64,000 nucleotides of DNA, taken from NCBI GenBank assembly GCA_038087875.1, contig CM075996.1, positions 4,838,001 through 4,902,000 of the forward strand, read 5' to 3'. Every line of letters starts with the position of its first letter. Position 1 is the stretch's first letter. The DNA is from Malacoraja senta. Taxonomy: Eukaryota. Position numbers and translations under genes: made by a program. Shown piece by piece: positions 1 through 13,500 of the stretch. The notes under the pieces are model-generated. The model had not been told where the DNA came from. It searched no databases and saw only the letters and a list, made by a program, of their open reading frames with translations.

Positions 1-17
1 TTATATTGTCCATCCAG

Positions 18-206
18 TCAATGAGGCCAGCTGGTCTACACATCTGACAACAATAGTGAGCCATGCAGGGCAAAAGATTTCCGAACTGACAGTACTCAGG
101 AACGAAGAATCAGAGGCTGATTTCCACAACAAAACCAGAGCACTTCGGACTTGGAGATTTCGATACAAGCTGTATAAGCAAATGAAAGCTGCTTTTGACA
201 ATGCAT
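18..206 (+). CDS. ANKFN1: ANKFN1-like exon (post-ankyrin helix)
   Basis: ccag acceptor at 14-17, gtaagt donor at 207; [41 protein letters not shown]. Confidence 0.85.
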
Positions 207-3200
207 GTAAGTGCCAATATCTTTACCTGGAATCACTCTTCTTTTTTTTCACTTCAATGCCCTTGCATTCTTCAAGAGATATGTATCGAGGATACCTGAC
301 ATTGTTGCATTTCTTCCTGCGCTGAATGTTCTACCCTCTTCCCTCTTTTAAATGACCGATCAACACTCCTACCCTTTCCGAAGTTAAAATCCTTCTGACA
401 CACACAGGATCATCACAGCTTGTGCTTGATAGGGATACGGTCAAAATTAAACCGTGGAAGAAATAATTGAACGAATGAGCGATCAATGGAGCAGTTCCTT
501 CGGGAGATAGTGAAGAAGTTCACATTGATTCCTCTCGGGCAAATTGGATAGAGTTCTCTGAGAAAATAACATGTTTGGCTACAATCTGACACATGGTGTG
601 TGGCAAGTGCAATGTGCTGAGAGGAACAGACTCTGGGCTTCTAGTTCCTAATTGCTGCCTCCCCATGTTTTTTTTTTTCTCTCATTGGGAATAGATCTGA
701 TGTGGACTAATTGATAAAGCAAGATCGATCACCTGGATTAGTCACCAACACAATTCTCATTTTATTACCCGGTTACCAGGACGGTGGTTGGTGAACCTAT
801 CACCTTTTGCTCCTTTGTTCCCATGTACCAGTAGAAAATTCCTTTTGACTTCACTTTGTTCACTGCGCAATCAATATCCCTTAAAGGATCCATAGATTCT
901 CACAAATATTTACTATCCCCTTCATAGTTTTGTAGCATCATTAAATAGGATGCTTACACAAATCTTTCATGCATGCAATGCTAAAAGTGATGTTCAACAA
1001 TAACACCAGCATTTTCTCCCAAATGCTGTGAGAATGTGCATTCCTAACCCTGGTTATTACCATCCTACTTCAATCCATTATCTGCAATTGCAGTTTCCAT
1101 TCTTATGTTGTATGCGCACTGAAAGAAACTGCCATAGAGCACCCTAATCAGCGAGACATTATGTTGACAGTCCTGGCTCATTCAATTCAATGATGATGAG
1201 AGGGTGACATGAGTTAATCCTGTTTCTCTACAGATGTTCCTGATTCTCCAGAGAATGTGCGTTTGTTGGTAACTGGTAGCAAATCTCTTCAAGTGACATT
1301 TGAAGAACCACGAAAGACAGACAGCTTGATGATCACGCGATACAAAGGTAGGTTAAAACAGGTTATTTACTGTTGTCATTGCAATTATGTGTTTGCAGAA
1401 CTTTAAAAAATATCTTAATGTTGCTTAATGCAGCAAAAAGCTGATTAATACAGAAAGGAAGGTAACATATTTCATTATGATATTGAATAGATAATAGTAT
1501 CAATAGACAATAGAAAATAGGTGCAGGAGTAGGCCATTCGGCCCTTTGAGCCAGCACCACCATTCAATGTGATCATGGCTGATCATCCCCAATCAGTACC
1601 CCATTCCTGCCTTCTCCCCATATCCCCTGACTCCGCTATTTTTAAGAGCCCTATCTAGCTCTCTCTTGAAAGCATCCAGAAAACCTGCCTCCACTGCCCT
1701 CTGAGGCAGAGAATTCCACAGACTCACCACTCTCTGTGAGAAAAAGTGTTTCCTTGTCTCCGTTCTAAATGGCTTACTCCTTATTCTTAAACTGTGTGGG
1801 CCCTGGTTCTGGACTCCCCCAACATCGGGAACATGTTTCCTGCCTCTAGCGTGTCCAAGCCCTTAACAATCTTATATGTTTCAATGACATCTCCTCTCAT
1901 CCTTCTAAACTCCAGAGTGTACAAGCCCAGCTGCTCCATTCTCTCAGCATACGACAGTCCCGCCATCCCGGGAATTAACCTTGTAAACCTACGCTGCACT
2001 CCCTCAATAGCAATGAAGGAGGTCATTTGTCCATCAATCATTGCCAGCTCACAGTGCAATCTGTTTGCCCAGCTAACTTCCCTGCAACTTATTCTCCTAA
2101 TATTCCAATCAATTCCACTCAGACATTACCATTTATTTACACTCTAGGGTCAATTTACAGCAACTAATTAAACTACCGACCTGTTCAAACATGATCTACA
2201 ATGAGTTAGCTGACTACAGCTCATAACCCTGCAATTGCCTTCAGTACACCAGGTTTAGGGAGATAGATACTAAGTGTGTTGCTCTGGAACTCTATGCAGT
2301 GATTCCTGCAGGGCAAGCCTAATTGTGTTGGTGCGTAGAGACAAATATACCTAATTAAGATCTTAAATTCACTGACAAATAAGTCTATTTACACTCCAAT
2401 CTAACGATGCACTGGGATTTGGGCATGGGTTGAGAAGGCAACTCTCACGGGTGTATCTTTTCCAGAGGAAAAAAACACTGCCAAGTACAGAGGAGACAGG
2501 GAAAATAAAACTTGGAAGTAAAAGATATTTGTAAAAAGTTAAAAATCCTGAAGTCCATACCAACGGCCATTTCATTTCTTGAAGGTGCCAGTGCTGACTT
2601 CATCAAGAGCTGTGGAGAACATTAGGGATATGTGTTATATAGCAGCTTCCAAAGAACACCAGATCAACACAAAAATTTATGCTGCTCCAGCAGAGTGAAT
2701 CTGGCATCCATTCCAGGCCGCAGCTAGTTGAACAGCTGAATCCAAGCATGGAGCTTTATGATAAGATCGATGCAGAACTTCCTGAGGTTGAAGAGAAGTC
2801 TGAGAGAAATAACTTGTTTCTCTGGAGACGGGAAAATTGAATAGAATTGTGCAGACATGTTTGGATATGTGGAGTCTCCAACTAGGAGTGATGGATCTAA
2901 GATAGTTACCAATATGTTCAATGGGGGATCCGTGAGAATGTTTAATCTTGAAGTGGGCGTCAGTGAGATGAATGAAATATGTACTTTTAGTGGTTAGCAA
3001 GATAACTTACCTGAGCAAAAATGTAGACACGGTGAAATGAAGTAGGGTAGAGGGGCTACTGTGAACACTAACACTAGCGTTGACTATTTGGGCAGGATGA
3101 TTCGACTCAGTACTAAGCATCTGGCATAATACAAATAAACTAATACCAGTTGCTAGGCAGAGGGGAGAAGCAAGAGAATTCAAAGCATCAAGAAACAATT

Positions 3201-6200
3201 GATTGGTTATATACGTAGCTTCCCTCTCCACAGTGAGAGAGTATGGACTAGATATTGCCCACAATGAGGCAATGCTCATCATCTTGGAATACAGTGAACA
3301 ATGTAGTGGAAGTGGCAGGTAGGATTGGACTAAAAATGAGTTTTGTTTTGGGAAGGGGAAGACTAAATACAACTGCAAGGAAGACAGGGACTGGTCTAGA
3401 ATGCATGTGTAGTTGTGGTGAATGAGGCTGGAAATCTACAGGCTAAATTAACCATGTGGGAATGTGACATATATCTGCTGGAGGCCCCGAAGCAGCCTGG
3501 GTCTCAATTAGATTGTCCAAGTGGACAGGCATGCAGAACGGATGCAGCCTGCAGTGGCATGGAGCAGCGGTAGAGGACATAGGCAGATCGCCTGGCCAGG
3601 CCAACCCCTGCAACTCCAACCCAGTGTCGCGGCCAAGACAACAGGCCTTTATAGCAAGTTAAGACTTTAACATCTTTTTTAAAATGTTGGATTTGAAGGA
3701 CACAAGATGTCACCTAAAGCGTGGTGACTCTTGTGTACTTTCTTAGTGAAGTCTATTATCATATACTCTTATACTTAGCATGATTGTCCCTAATGTATAT
3801 AGGATTGTGACTGGATCTATGCAAAAATATATATATTATTGTACCTCGGTGCACCTGACAATAAAGTGCCATTAAACACAGTGGAAATAATTAAAATATG
3901 GCCCATTATAGGTCCATAACACAGGTCTGCACACTCAGTGTTCCATGATATGGGATATTTAGAAAAGATAGGGAATGAACTCAAGAATGCAGTATTGATT
4001 GGAAAAACGAATATAATGATACCATTACAGAATCTTGTTCTTGAGAATGTGATGGACCAAGTTTACATTGAACAGTGCAAAATCAAATCATGTGGTATAT
4101 GCTGGTAATAAAGAACGATGTAAGGAAATAGTTAAGGAACATTGCGTGGAGAAACTTAACGTAGAGCTTGGTAATTGGAGGATCACTAACTCTATAGGGA
4201 TAGAGGAAGATCAGATTAGAGGTTAAGGACTAATTATGGACCAAGAAGTTAATCTATGCTTAAAGGGAATAAATCTGGGACACTTGTAAGGAAAGGAATG
4301 CTCTTAATTTATCATTGAATGATGAGGTAGTGGAAAGAACAGGTGAAGTGACAACAAAAAAATGAGGAGCAGGTATCATAAGGTGAGCCGTGCTTAAAGT
4401 AAATCAGTCCTGGTCTACATAGAGAGCATTCTAGTTTGTTGAGGAAGTGGGGTGGACATTAGTTCACCGTTCCTTCCCAGATTTGTTGGAAGTTTCAGAG
4501 TTCCAAGAAATGACGAGTGTGACTGCAATGTTCCAAAAGGATGTGAGGACAATCTGGAAATTATTCAGCAGTCTGGTTAACTTCGTTTGCAGGAAAACCT
4601 TTTTGAATGAGTAAATTTGGTACAGTGAGAAGTGTGTACAACGACATTAGTCCCATTTCCCCTTTTGTTATTTCCCTATGATCCTGCACCTATTTTCTCT
4701 CAGATATGTATCATCAGCTCCCCTTTGGTTCTTCCTGCCATTCACCTACACTAGGGGGTAATTTACGGTACTTTACGGCAGCCAATTTTACCCTCTAGCT
4801 CTTCTTTGGGAAGTGGGATGACATCAGGGTGCCCAGAAATCCATGTGGTCACAGCGAGAACATTGAAACTCTGCACAGACAACACCCAAGACCAGTATCG
4901 AACCCTGGTTACTAGATCTGTGAGACAGTAACAGTAGCGTGCCAAGTGCTGAAGTTACATTCACCTTTGTTTTAACTCCATATCCTTCTTGTTTGTGTGC
5001 CCATCTCTTTCAGTGGAGTGGAGTTACTCTGAAAGTTTTGAAACCAGAGCAGGAGTTGCAGTTGTCGAGGATCTGAAGGTCCTGCAGTTGCCGATTGAAA
5101 GCCTCCTCACGGTAAGCGGCAGCATGCCCTACTAGCAACCTGTTCTTTATCCTTCATTTAGAAACATAGAAACATAGAAAATAGGTGCAGGAGTAGGCCA
5201 TATGGCCCTTCGAGCCTGCACCGCCATTCAATATGATCATAGCTGATCATCCAACTCAGTATCCCGTGCCTGCCTTCTCTCCATACCCCCTGATCCCTTT
5301 AGCCACAAGGGTCACATCTAACTCCCTCTTAAATATAGCCAATGAACTGGCCTCAACTACCTTCTGTGGCAGAGAATTCCAGAGATTCACCACTCTCTGT
5401 GTGAAAAATGTTTTTCTCATCTCGGTCCTAAAAGACTTCCACCTTACCCTTAAACTGTGACCCCTTGTTCTGGACTTCCCCAACATCAGGAACAATCTTC
5501 CTGCATCTAGCCTGTCCAACCCCTTAAGAATTTTGCCTATCTCCTTCGCTCCATTATGCTGCTGCACCCGCTGAGTTTCTCCAGCATTTTTGTGTACCTT
5601 CGATTTTCCAGCATCTGCAGTTCCCTCTAAAAAAAAAAAAAGAATTTTGTAAGTTTAGAAATTGCTCCTATTTAAGCACACAAAAAAGACATTCTGCAAA
5701 TATTTTGAGCTGCTTGGTCCCATTTGATGTTGAGACCCTGGCCGGTTGTAAAATAGCTTGGGCAGTTACAGCTCTGATTCAACTGAGCGTGCCATTTCCC
5801 TGTTGTATTTTGTACACCAACAATATCATCAACATGCACATTAAGCGTTAATTATTATCCAACAGAAATCACGTGAAAAAGTCATGATCACCAAATACAG
5901 CACTCAATTAAAAAAGTAATAATTATTATTAATAATAAAATCAGTTGAGAATCATGTTATTGAAAGTGTCTCCACTGGGACATAATTTATCGTCTTTATA
6001 GACTTCCTCCAGCATTCATATTAAATATCCCATCGCTGAAGGCACTGAACACAAATTGAGGTATCTCTGCACTAACAACTTCACTGTACTATCTGGCTCA
6101 AATTCTCATTTACATTATGTTAATAAACACACTTTGCATGAAATATTTGTATTGTAGCCCTGTAATCTGCAAGTCAATGTTTGTATACTTATTTGCAATT

Positions 6201-7346
6201 TAATTTGCAAATGCAATGGTGCAGCATTGTTGGTCAAAGAATGGGACACTTCTATTAAATCCACATTTGTTTATATAAATGATATGCAAAACTATGCAAA
6301 TTCTCTTGCCAGTTACTGCTGTACTATTCAGGTCACTGCCACTGTTAAAAATAACAAAAGAAAACTCAATCATTTTTTGTTTTAAAAAATCACTTTCACT
6401 GTCTTTGGTCGTACTGCACTTGCAACAATTGTACAAATGATTCGAGTTTGAACACTGAGACTTCACGTCAACCACTGGTCATTAAGGTCATTAGGCCATT
6501 CGGCCCATCAAGTCTACTCTGCCCTTCAATCATGGTTAATCTATCTCTCCCTCCTAACCCTGCTCTCCTGCCTTCTCCCCATAAACCCTGACACCCGTAC
6601 AAGAATCTATCTATCTCTGCCTTAAAAATATCCTTTAATATGGCCTCCACAGCCTTCTGTTCCACAGATTCACCACCCTCTGACTTAAGAAATTCCTCGT
6701 CATCTCTTTCCTAAAGGAAAGTCCTTAAATTCTGAGGCAATGACCTCTAGTCCTGGAATCTCCCACTGGTGGAAACATCCTCTCCACATCCACTCTATCC
6801 AGGCCTTTCACTATTCGGTAAGTTTCAATGAGGTTCCCCCTCATCCTTCTAAACTCCAGTGAGTACAGGTCTAGTGCCGTCAAACGCTCTTCATGGGTTA
6901 ACCCACTCTTTCCTGTGATCCTGGTTAATGCAAGAAAAGGCGCAAAGTGTTGGAGTAACTCAGCGGGTCAGGCAGCATCTCTGGAGAACATGGATAGGTG
7001 ACGTTTCGGGTCAGGACCCTTCTTCAGACTCATTGTTGTAGGGGGGGAGAAAGCTGGAAGATTGATAAGTGGATACAGATTTTAAGCACATTTCATAGGC
7101 AGATGGTTGAGCAAAGGCCAGAGATGAAAAGGCAAAATGTGTGAGATAAGGATAGAAGAAGTGGGAATTGTGAAGCTAGAGGAAGGAATATAGGTGGAAG
7201 CAGACAGGGGAGGGGGAAGAGGTGAAGTGGGTGCGAATCCGGGTGGAGCACAGGGAAAATGGGGATGGATGGATCTATCTGTCTAGCAACAGGCAGACAC
7301 AGACAGACAGACACAGACAGACAGACAGGCAGGCAGACAGACAGGC

Positions 7347-7379
<33 letters not shown>

Positions 7380-7492
7380 CAGACAGACAGACACAGGCAG
7401 ACAGACAGGCAGACAGACAGACAGACAGACACAGACAGACAGACAGACAGACAGACGGACGGACGGACGGACGGACGGACGGACGGACGGAA

Positions 7493-7528
<36 letters not shown>

Positions 7529-10500
7529 GGACAAACAGACGGATGGGTGGATGGATAGATATTGTGATCTAAATGTTGATTGATGGTTGGCACGGTCTCA
7601 ATGGGCAAAATAGTTTATTTCTATGCTGTCTGATTCTAGCTCACCATATTTCTCTTTCTTTCATTTGAAAAGTCCAGGTCCCTGTTCAGGTTAATATTTT
7701 TCTATTATCGGGGGCAGATCTGTTTTTTTTAAAGAAAGCTCAGAAGTTCATGATTTCCAAGGACAGGCTGAGATGCAGCCCTCTCCCCAAGTAAGTGTTG
7801 GTCACAGCCCAATACTCCGTTCCTGCTTTCCTCCGATATTCACTTTCCCAGCTCCCACCCAGAGTGCTGCAAGTTCTTTGTAACATTACCTGAATGCAGA
7901 TCTGATCCCCCCCCCCCCCCATTGCCAACACTGAAATGATGACCTGATGCAGAATCCCGCTAAAGGCAATGCAATAATACTTTACGGGTCTCAGCAGATT
8001 GTTTTTTGGGATGGGGGGGGTTTGAGGTAAAAGTAAACTGGGCTATGTTCTTTTGAGTTTAGGCTGAAGGAGAGGTGGGCTCATTGAAAAATACAGTATA
8101 TTTTTCATACAAAGCTTGACAGGGTACATGCGGGGATGATGTCTCCCCTAGCCGTGGTGTCCAGGACAAAGGATCACAATCTAAAAATAAAGGGCTCACC
8201 CATCCAGATATGGAATTCCTTTACCGTAGATTAGATTAGATTAGATTAGATTTTATTACTTGTCATTTGAACCTCAGAGAGGCTCAAACGAAACTCCGTT
8301 TCCACAGCCATACAAACAAAACAATTCCTACACGACACACAAACAATTCAATTGACAGAAAAACATCCATCACAGTGAATCTCCTCCTCACTGTGATGGA
8401 AGGCAAAGTCTTTTCTCTCCCCTGCACCATTTTTCTCCCGATGTTGAAGCCCCAGGCGGGCAATGTTAAGTCCCACGGCCATTTTAGGTTGCGCCCGGCG
8501 ATGTACAGCCCCGCTCCGGGCCCAAAGGTCACAAGGTTGGAGCCCCCGGCGGGCGCTGGAATGTCCCGCGGCCATTAAAGCCGCGCCGGGCGATGTACGG
8601 CCCCGGTTGGTGAAACTTTGGAATTCTCTACCCAGGAGGCATGTGGAGTCATGGAGTATATACAGAAAGAGTTGGATAGATTTTTGGGTGTGAAGGGATT
8701 CAAGGGGTATGGGGTTATTTAAGTGATCCCGTGGTGAAGAATCATGTCCCTAGAGAGGGAACACGCAGTGTCCACTGGGACTGTGGAGGTCACCGCAGGA
8801 GGTTGAATATATTATAGATAAAAATGTTAATATTTTAATTTGATAATTTTGTGTAAGTGTTTTTTAAATTGTGTGAGCTTTCTACCCTCCCTTGTAAATT
8901 GTACATTTGTTTAAAAATCTAATTAAAAAAACATTTACGGGAAAAAAAAAGAAGAAAAAAAAAAAGTGGTGAAGAATCAGCCATGATTTAATTGTGGAGC
9001 AGACATAAAGGACCAAATGTCCTTTATCTGCCTGTTCTTAAACAACATGTTTCTCGTCAACAGGGTGCTCTCTACTATGTGCGTGTTTCAGCTTACAACA
9101 TGAAAGGATGGGGTCCACCAAAGTCTTCCTCTCCCCCATGTGCTGCTCCTTCTAGTAAGTGGTGATACTTATTGTTGTTTAACCTTGACTCATGTTTATA
9201 AAGCACCCTTCATGGCTGATGCATGATTGACAGTCAACAAAGAGTTTTTTGAAGTGCAGGGTTTTTAGAAATGTGGGAAGTACAACAGGGAGCTCCTATT
9301 ATCAATAGCTTGATAATCACCGAAAACCAAAAGTTATAGAGGCTGGAAATTGGAATTTAAAATGGAAAATGCTGGAGCTTCGGAAGTGTGGAGAGTACAG
9401 AGGTAACGTCTCAGACCAATGGCTTTGCATCAGAACTAGGAAATGCGGTAATCTTCTTCTTCCTCATGTCCGGCCATCTTCTATATCACGTCTTTCCGGT
9501 CGGTCAGTGACGGTTGACGGTCAGTGGTTGCAGAATTGGCTACTTCAGTCAGTCACTGTGGTACAGTTTCTGTCGTCAGCATTGCCCGGGATGCGCCACG
9601 AGGAGGCTTCTGCTTGCATCCCAATGCGGTAATTCTTATTGTTCAATATTCCTTATGTTGGTCGGGGTAAATGTTAGACAGGACACCAGCGATAACTCCC
9701 TGCTCTTCTTCAAAACATGACAATGCAATCTTTTGCGTTTGGCTGAAAGGCGGACAGTGTTACTGGGCCACAATAATGCTCTCTGTATTACTGTAGCAAA
9801 GGTTGTTTGGTCATCAAGGTAGCAGGTGTAGAAGGTCAGATCAATTGATCTTACCTGACCTCTGATGAATAGAACCAAGGGGTGTAAGGAGGCATGGAGA
9901 AGGCATGTATAGCGTTATGCTCCCTGAGATAACTGTTTAATCTGCTATTTAAAGTTATTTTTCTTCCTTTGTCTTGCTTCTTCTCCTGAAGATCTATTAC
10001 CGAGATATTCAAATGCTTAATCCTGTTTTCATTCAGTTCACGCGTCTGAAAATTATTTTCTACCCAAACTGAATCCAGGTGTTTTTTGCATAACTCTGGA
10101 AGTTTTCCTGGGCACATCCTAGTGGGATTCTCTCCTGCTCCCCGGGGCAGTTTTCACATCAGGAATATGTTATCTTCCTTGCCCTGATAAAACCCAGGAC
10201 AACCTGCTATTGACAGCCCAGTACAGTGCTGCAAAGTGAACGACTCACCCTTACTCTTTGTTCCAGCATCGCCTCCCCCACGATGGAAATCCGAAACGAC
10301 TTTCATAACCGTAGTCATTTGTCAATACTGATTTGTGTTCTCTGTCCTCTGAACCCTGCACAGGTTGGAAAGAGTGCTCAGATATTAAGCTGAGGCACAA
10401 GGACCAAAGCCAAGCTGTGCTGCAGCTTCTGGAGAGAGTGAAGGGCCCTTGTCATCGCAGTTTCATCATGGGTGAGTGCAGTCAAGAACCTGAGACACAT

Positions 10501-13500
10501 TTCTATCCACAGCCCAACCCAGCACAGGCCAGCCAAGCTTAGATAGAGGTGGCTGCATGGATGTGACATTCTTCCATAGAGAACCTAAGGCCTTTATGCA
10601 GTTCAACTTTTGGACAATGTAGATTTGGTTAGTAATATATTCTACTCAGAGCCAGTCATAAAACTTTGACATGCTATCTTTGCTAAATTAGTTAATTTGA
10701 CCAGGCCAGAAATTGAGAGAGAGGGAGAGAGTTTTTTGTCATGTGTCCCAGATAGGACAATGACATTCTTGCTTTGCTTCAGCACAACAGAACATAGTAG
10801 GCATTGACTACAAAACAGATCAGTGTGTCCATATACCATTATATAAATATATACACACATGAATAAATAAAACTGATAAAGTGCAAATAAACAGATAATG
10901 GGCTATTAATGTTCAGAGTTTTGTTTAATAGCCTGATGGCTGTGGGGAAGTAGCTATTCCTGAACCTGGTCGTTGCAGATTTCAGGCTCCTGTACCTTCT
11001 ACCTGAAGGTAGCGGGGAGATGAGTATGTGGCCAGGATGGTGTGGGTCCTTGATGATGCTGCCAGCCTTTTTGAGGCAGCGACTGCGATAGATCTACTCG
11101 ATGGTAGGGAGGTCGGAGCCGATGATGGACTGGGCAGTGTTTAATACTTTTTGTAGTCTTTTCCGCTCCTGGGCGCTCAAGTTGCCGAACCAAGCCAGCA
11201 TGCTCTCTACTGTTCACCTGTAGAAGTTGGCAAGCTTTAACTGGTATTCAATGAGTATCAAGTTAATAAGTGCTTGCCCAGATGGCGGATTAGACTGACA
11301 ATACCTACTTCTGATCATAGAGAATGGCTCAGGATTTAATCATTTCCCTATCAGAAAAATATTTGCATGACTTTAGAATGATGATAAGTAATGGTTAATA
11401 TGTCAATGTTCTTTGGAAAAGAGAAGTCATAAGGATGATTTAATGGAAGCCTTTAAAATTATGAAAGGGTCTGTTGGGTAGACATGAAGATAGCCTGTGC
11501 ATGGAAAGTTGGGTTGATTTGGAAGTTTATTGTGGGTTGATGTGAGTTCATTCAAAAGACTGCTGTGGCATGTTATTGAAACACTCAAATGGAAACAGGA
11601 ATCGGGTATGTTTGAGGCGTGGTCTTCAACCTGTGGGTTCATCGTCGCTCAGTTCAAGTCCACAAGGTGGGGGTCAGTTTCACAGTCAGGAAGGGGAGAA
11701 GGCTTGGCAAGTGCAGGGGGGCGGTGGAGGAAATCAGAGTGGTATGCGTGGGGTAGGACTCAGTGATTGAAGAGTAGGGGAGCTGATGATCTGGCTGGAG
11801 ATTGAGTCATGTTGGAGTAGAGGGGGGATGCTGATGCTAGGGCCTTGACTGGAATGGGGTGGTAGGCCCTTTGTGAAGGGAAGCTTTTTACTTGGAAGAC
11901 CCAAATTGAGGCAGGTGTCAGATTCCATGGCAGGGCATGGCCCGTTTAAGTGATGACAAAATTAGTTATACAGGTGCTTAGAAGACTAGTGTCTCGATAA
12001 GCATCTTATACCTGATGGATCAAGGTCACAGCTGTGCATTGCACTTTGCTGGATGTTATTGCATGTCATAGAGTCGTACAGCACAGAAACAGGCCCTTCG
12101 GCCCTACTTGTCCATGCTGACAAAATGCCCCATCTGCTCGCGTTTGGCCCATATTCCTATAAACCTTTCCTATCCATCAGTTTGGGTTCTTAATGCATCA
12201 GGATCATGGGCAGTCCGAAAAATAAATCATGAACTGTGGACCTTGCAGTAAGACCCTATGTTTCCTTTAAGGTTGTATTTTAATTAAAATTGTGGTGTAG
12301 TGTAGTGTCATGTAGTGACAATTGTGTCAGCTGCATGACTTGCTGAGTTATTCCAACACTTTGTGTCTTTTTTGGTTACTGATCTCTGTGTGTATACTGT
12401 AGCCCTTGTAGCTGTTCCCGACCAGGAGTTAAACTTCACCCTAAAGGAGATTGCATGTTATGGATCGTGCTTTACCACATTGAATTGGTACCCACAATAA
12501 CACCCAAGCCTATCTTACTTGTGGTCTTTTCCAGAAGCATCAAAGGTTCACGTGACTAGTAAAAGACTCCTGGTCTCGCGAAGCCTCAAGTACCTCTTCC
12601 AAAATACAAGCAAATTTGTCAAGACACTGCAGAGGTGAGTGTGGTCACTGCCCATATCTGAAGTGAGGTTGATGTAAAAGGAATGATCAGAATCGGGAAA
12701 TGAATTTCGGAACTAGATGAAGGTACCGGAGTTAGGGTCAAGGTACCGGAGCTGGGGATGGGGAAGGTATAGGATAGGTCGAACGTTCAGGCAAACGGAT
12801 GTAGTCAGACTGCACCAACTGTCTTTTTGAGGCAGCGACTGCGATAGATCCCCTCGATGGAAGGGAGGTCAGAGCCGATGACGGACTGGGCAGTGTTTAC
12901 TACTTTTTGCAGTCATTTTTCAAAATAAAGAAATATAAATATTTGCTTCAATAAATTCTCTGGGGTTTGCTGTCAATAGGAACTGCATTACGGATGACCT
13001 GAGCTCATTTCTCAGAAAGATGCTCTCAACCAACATAAATGGGCGTTAATCCTGTCACTCAGAAATGAATTAATAACCAGAACCCAGAAGATACAATTTT
13101 AACTCAAGTTGACAAGATTAGGCAATTCAAGATTCAAGATTCAAGAGAGTTTATTGTCATGTGTCCCAGATAGGACAATGAAATTCTTGCTTTGCTTCAG
13201 CACAACAGAATTATAAAAGGCATGAATACGGAACAGATCAGTGTGTCCATATACCATTGTATAAATATATACACACATGAATAAATAAAACAGATAAAGT
13301 GCAAATAAACAGATAATGGGCTATTAATGTTCAGAGTTTTGTTTGAGTTGAGTTAAATAGCCTGATGGCTGTGGGGAAGAAGCTGTTTCTGAACCTGGAT
13401 GTTGCAGTCTTCAGGCTCCTGTACCTTCTACCTGAAGGTAGCGGGGAGATGAGTGTGTGGCCAGGATGGTGTGGGTCCTTGATGATGCTGCCAGCCTTTT

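Noticed and set aside
7093..7608. ORFs rich in QTDR/SVCL
   Set aside because: Translations of a tetranucleotide microsatellite.
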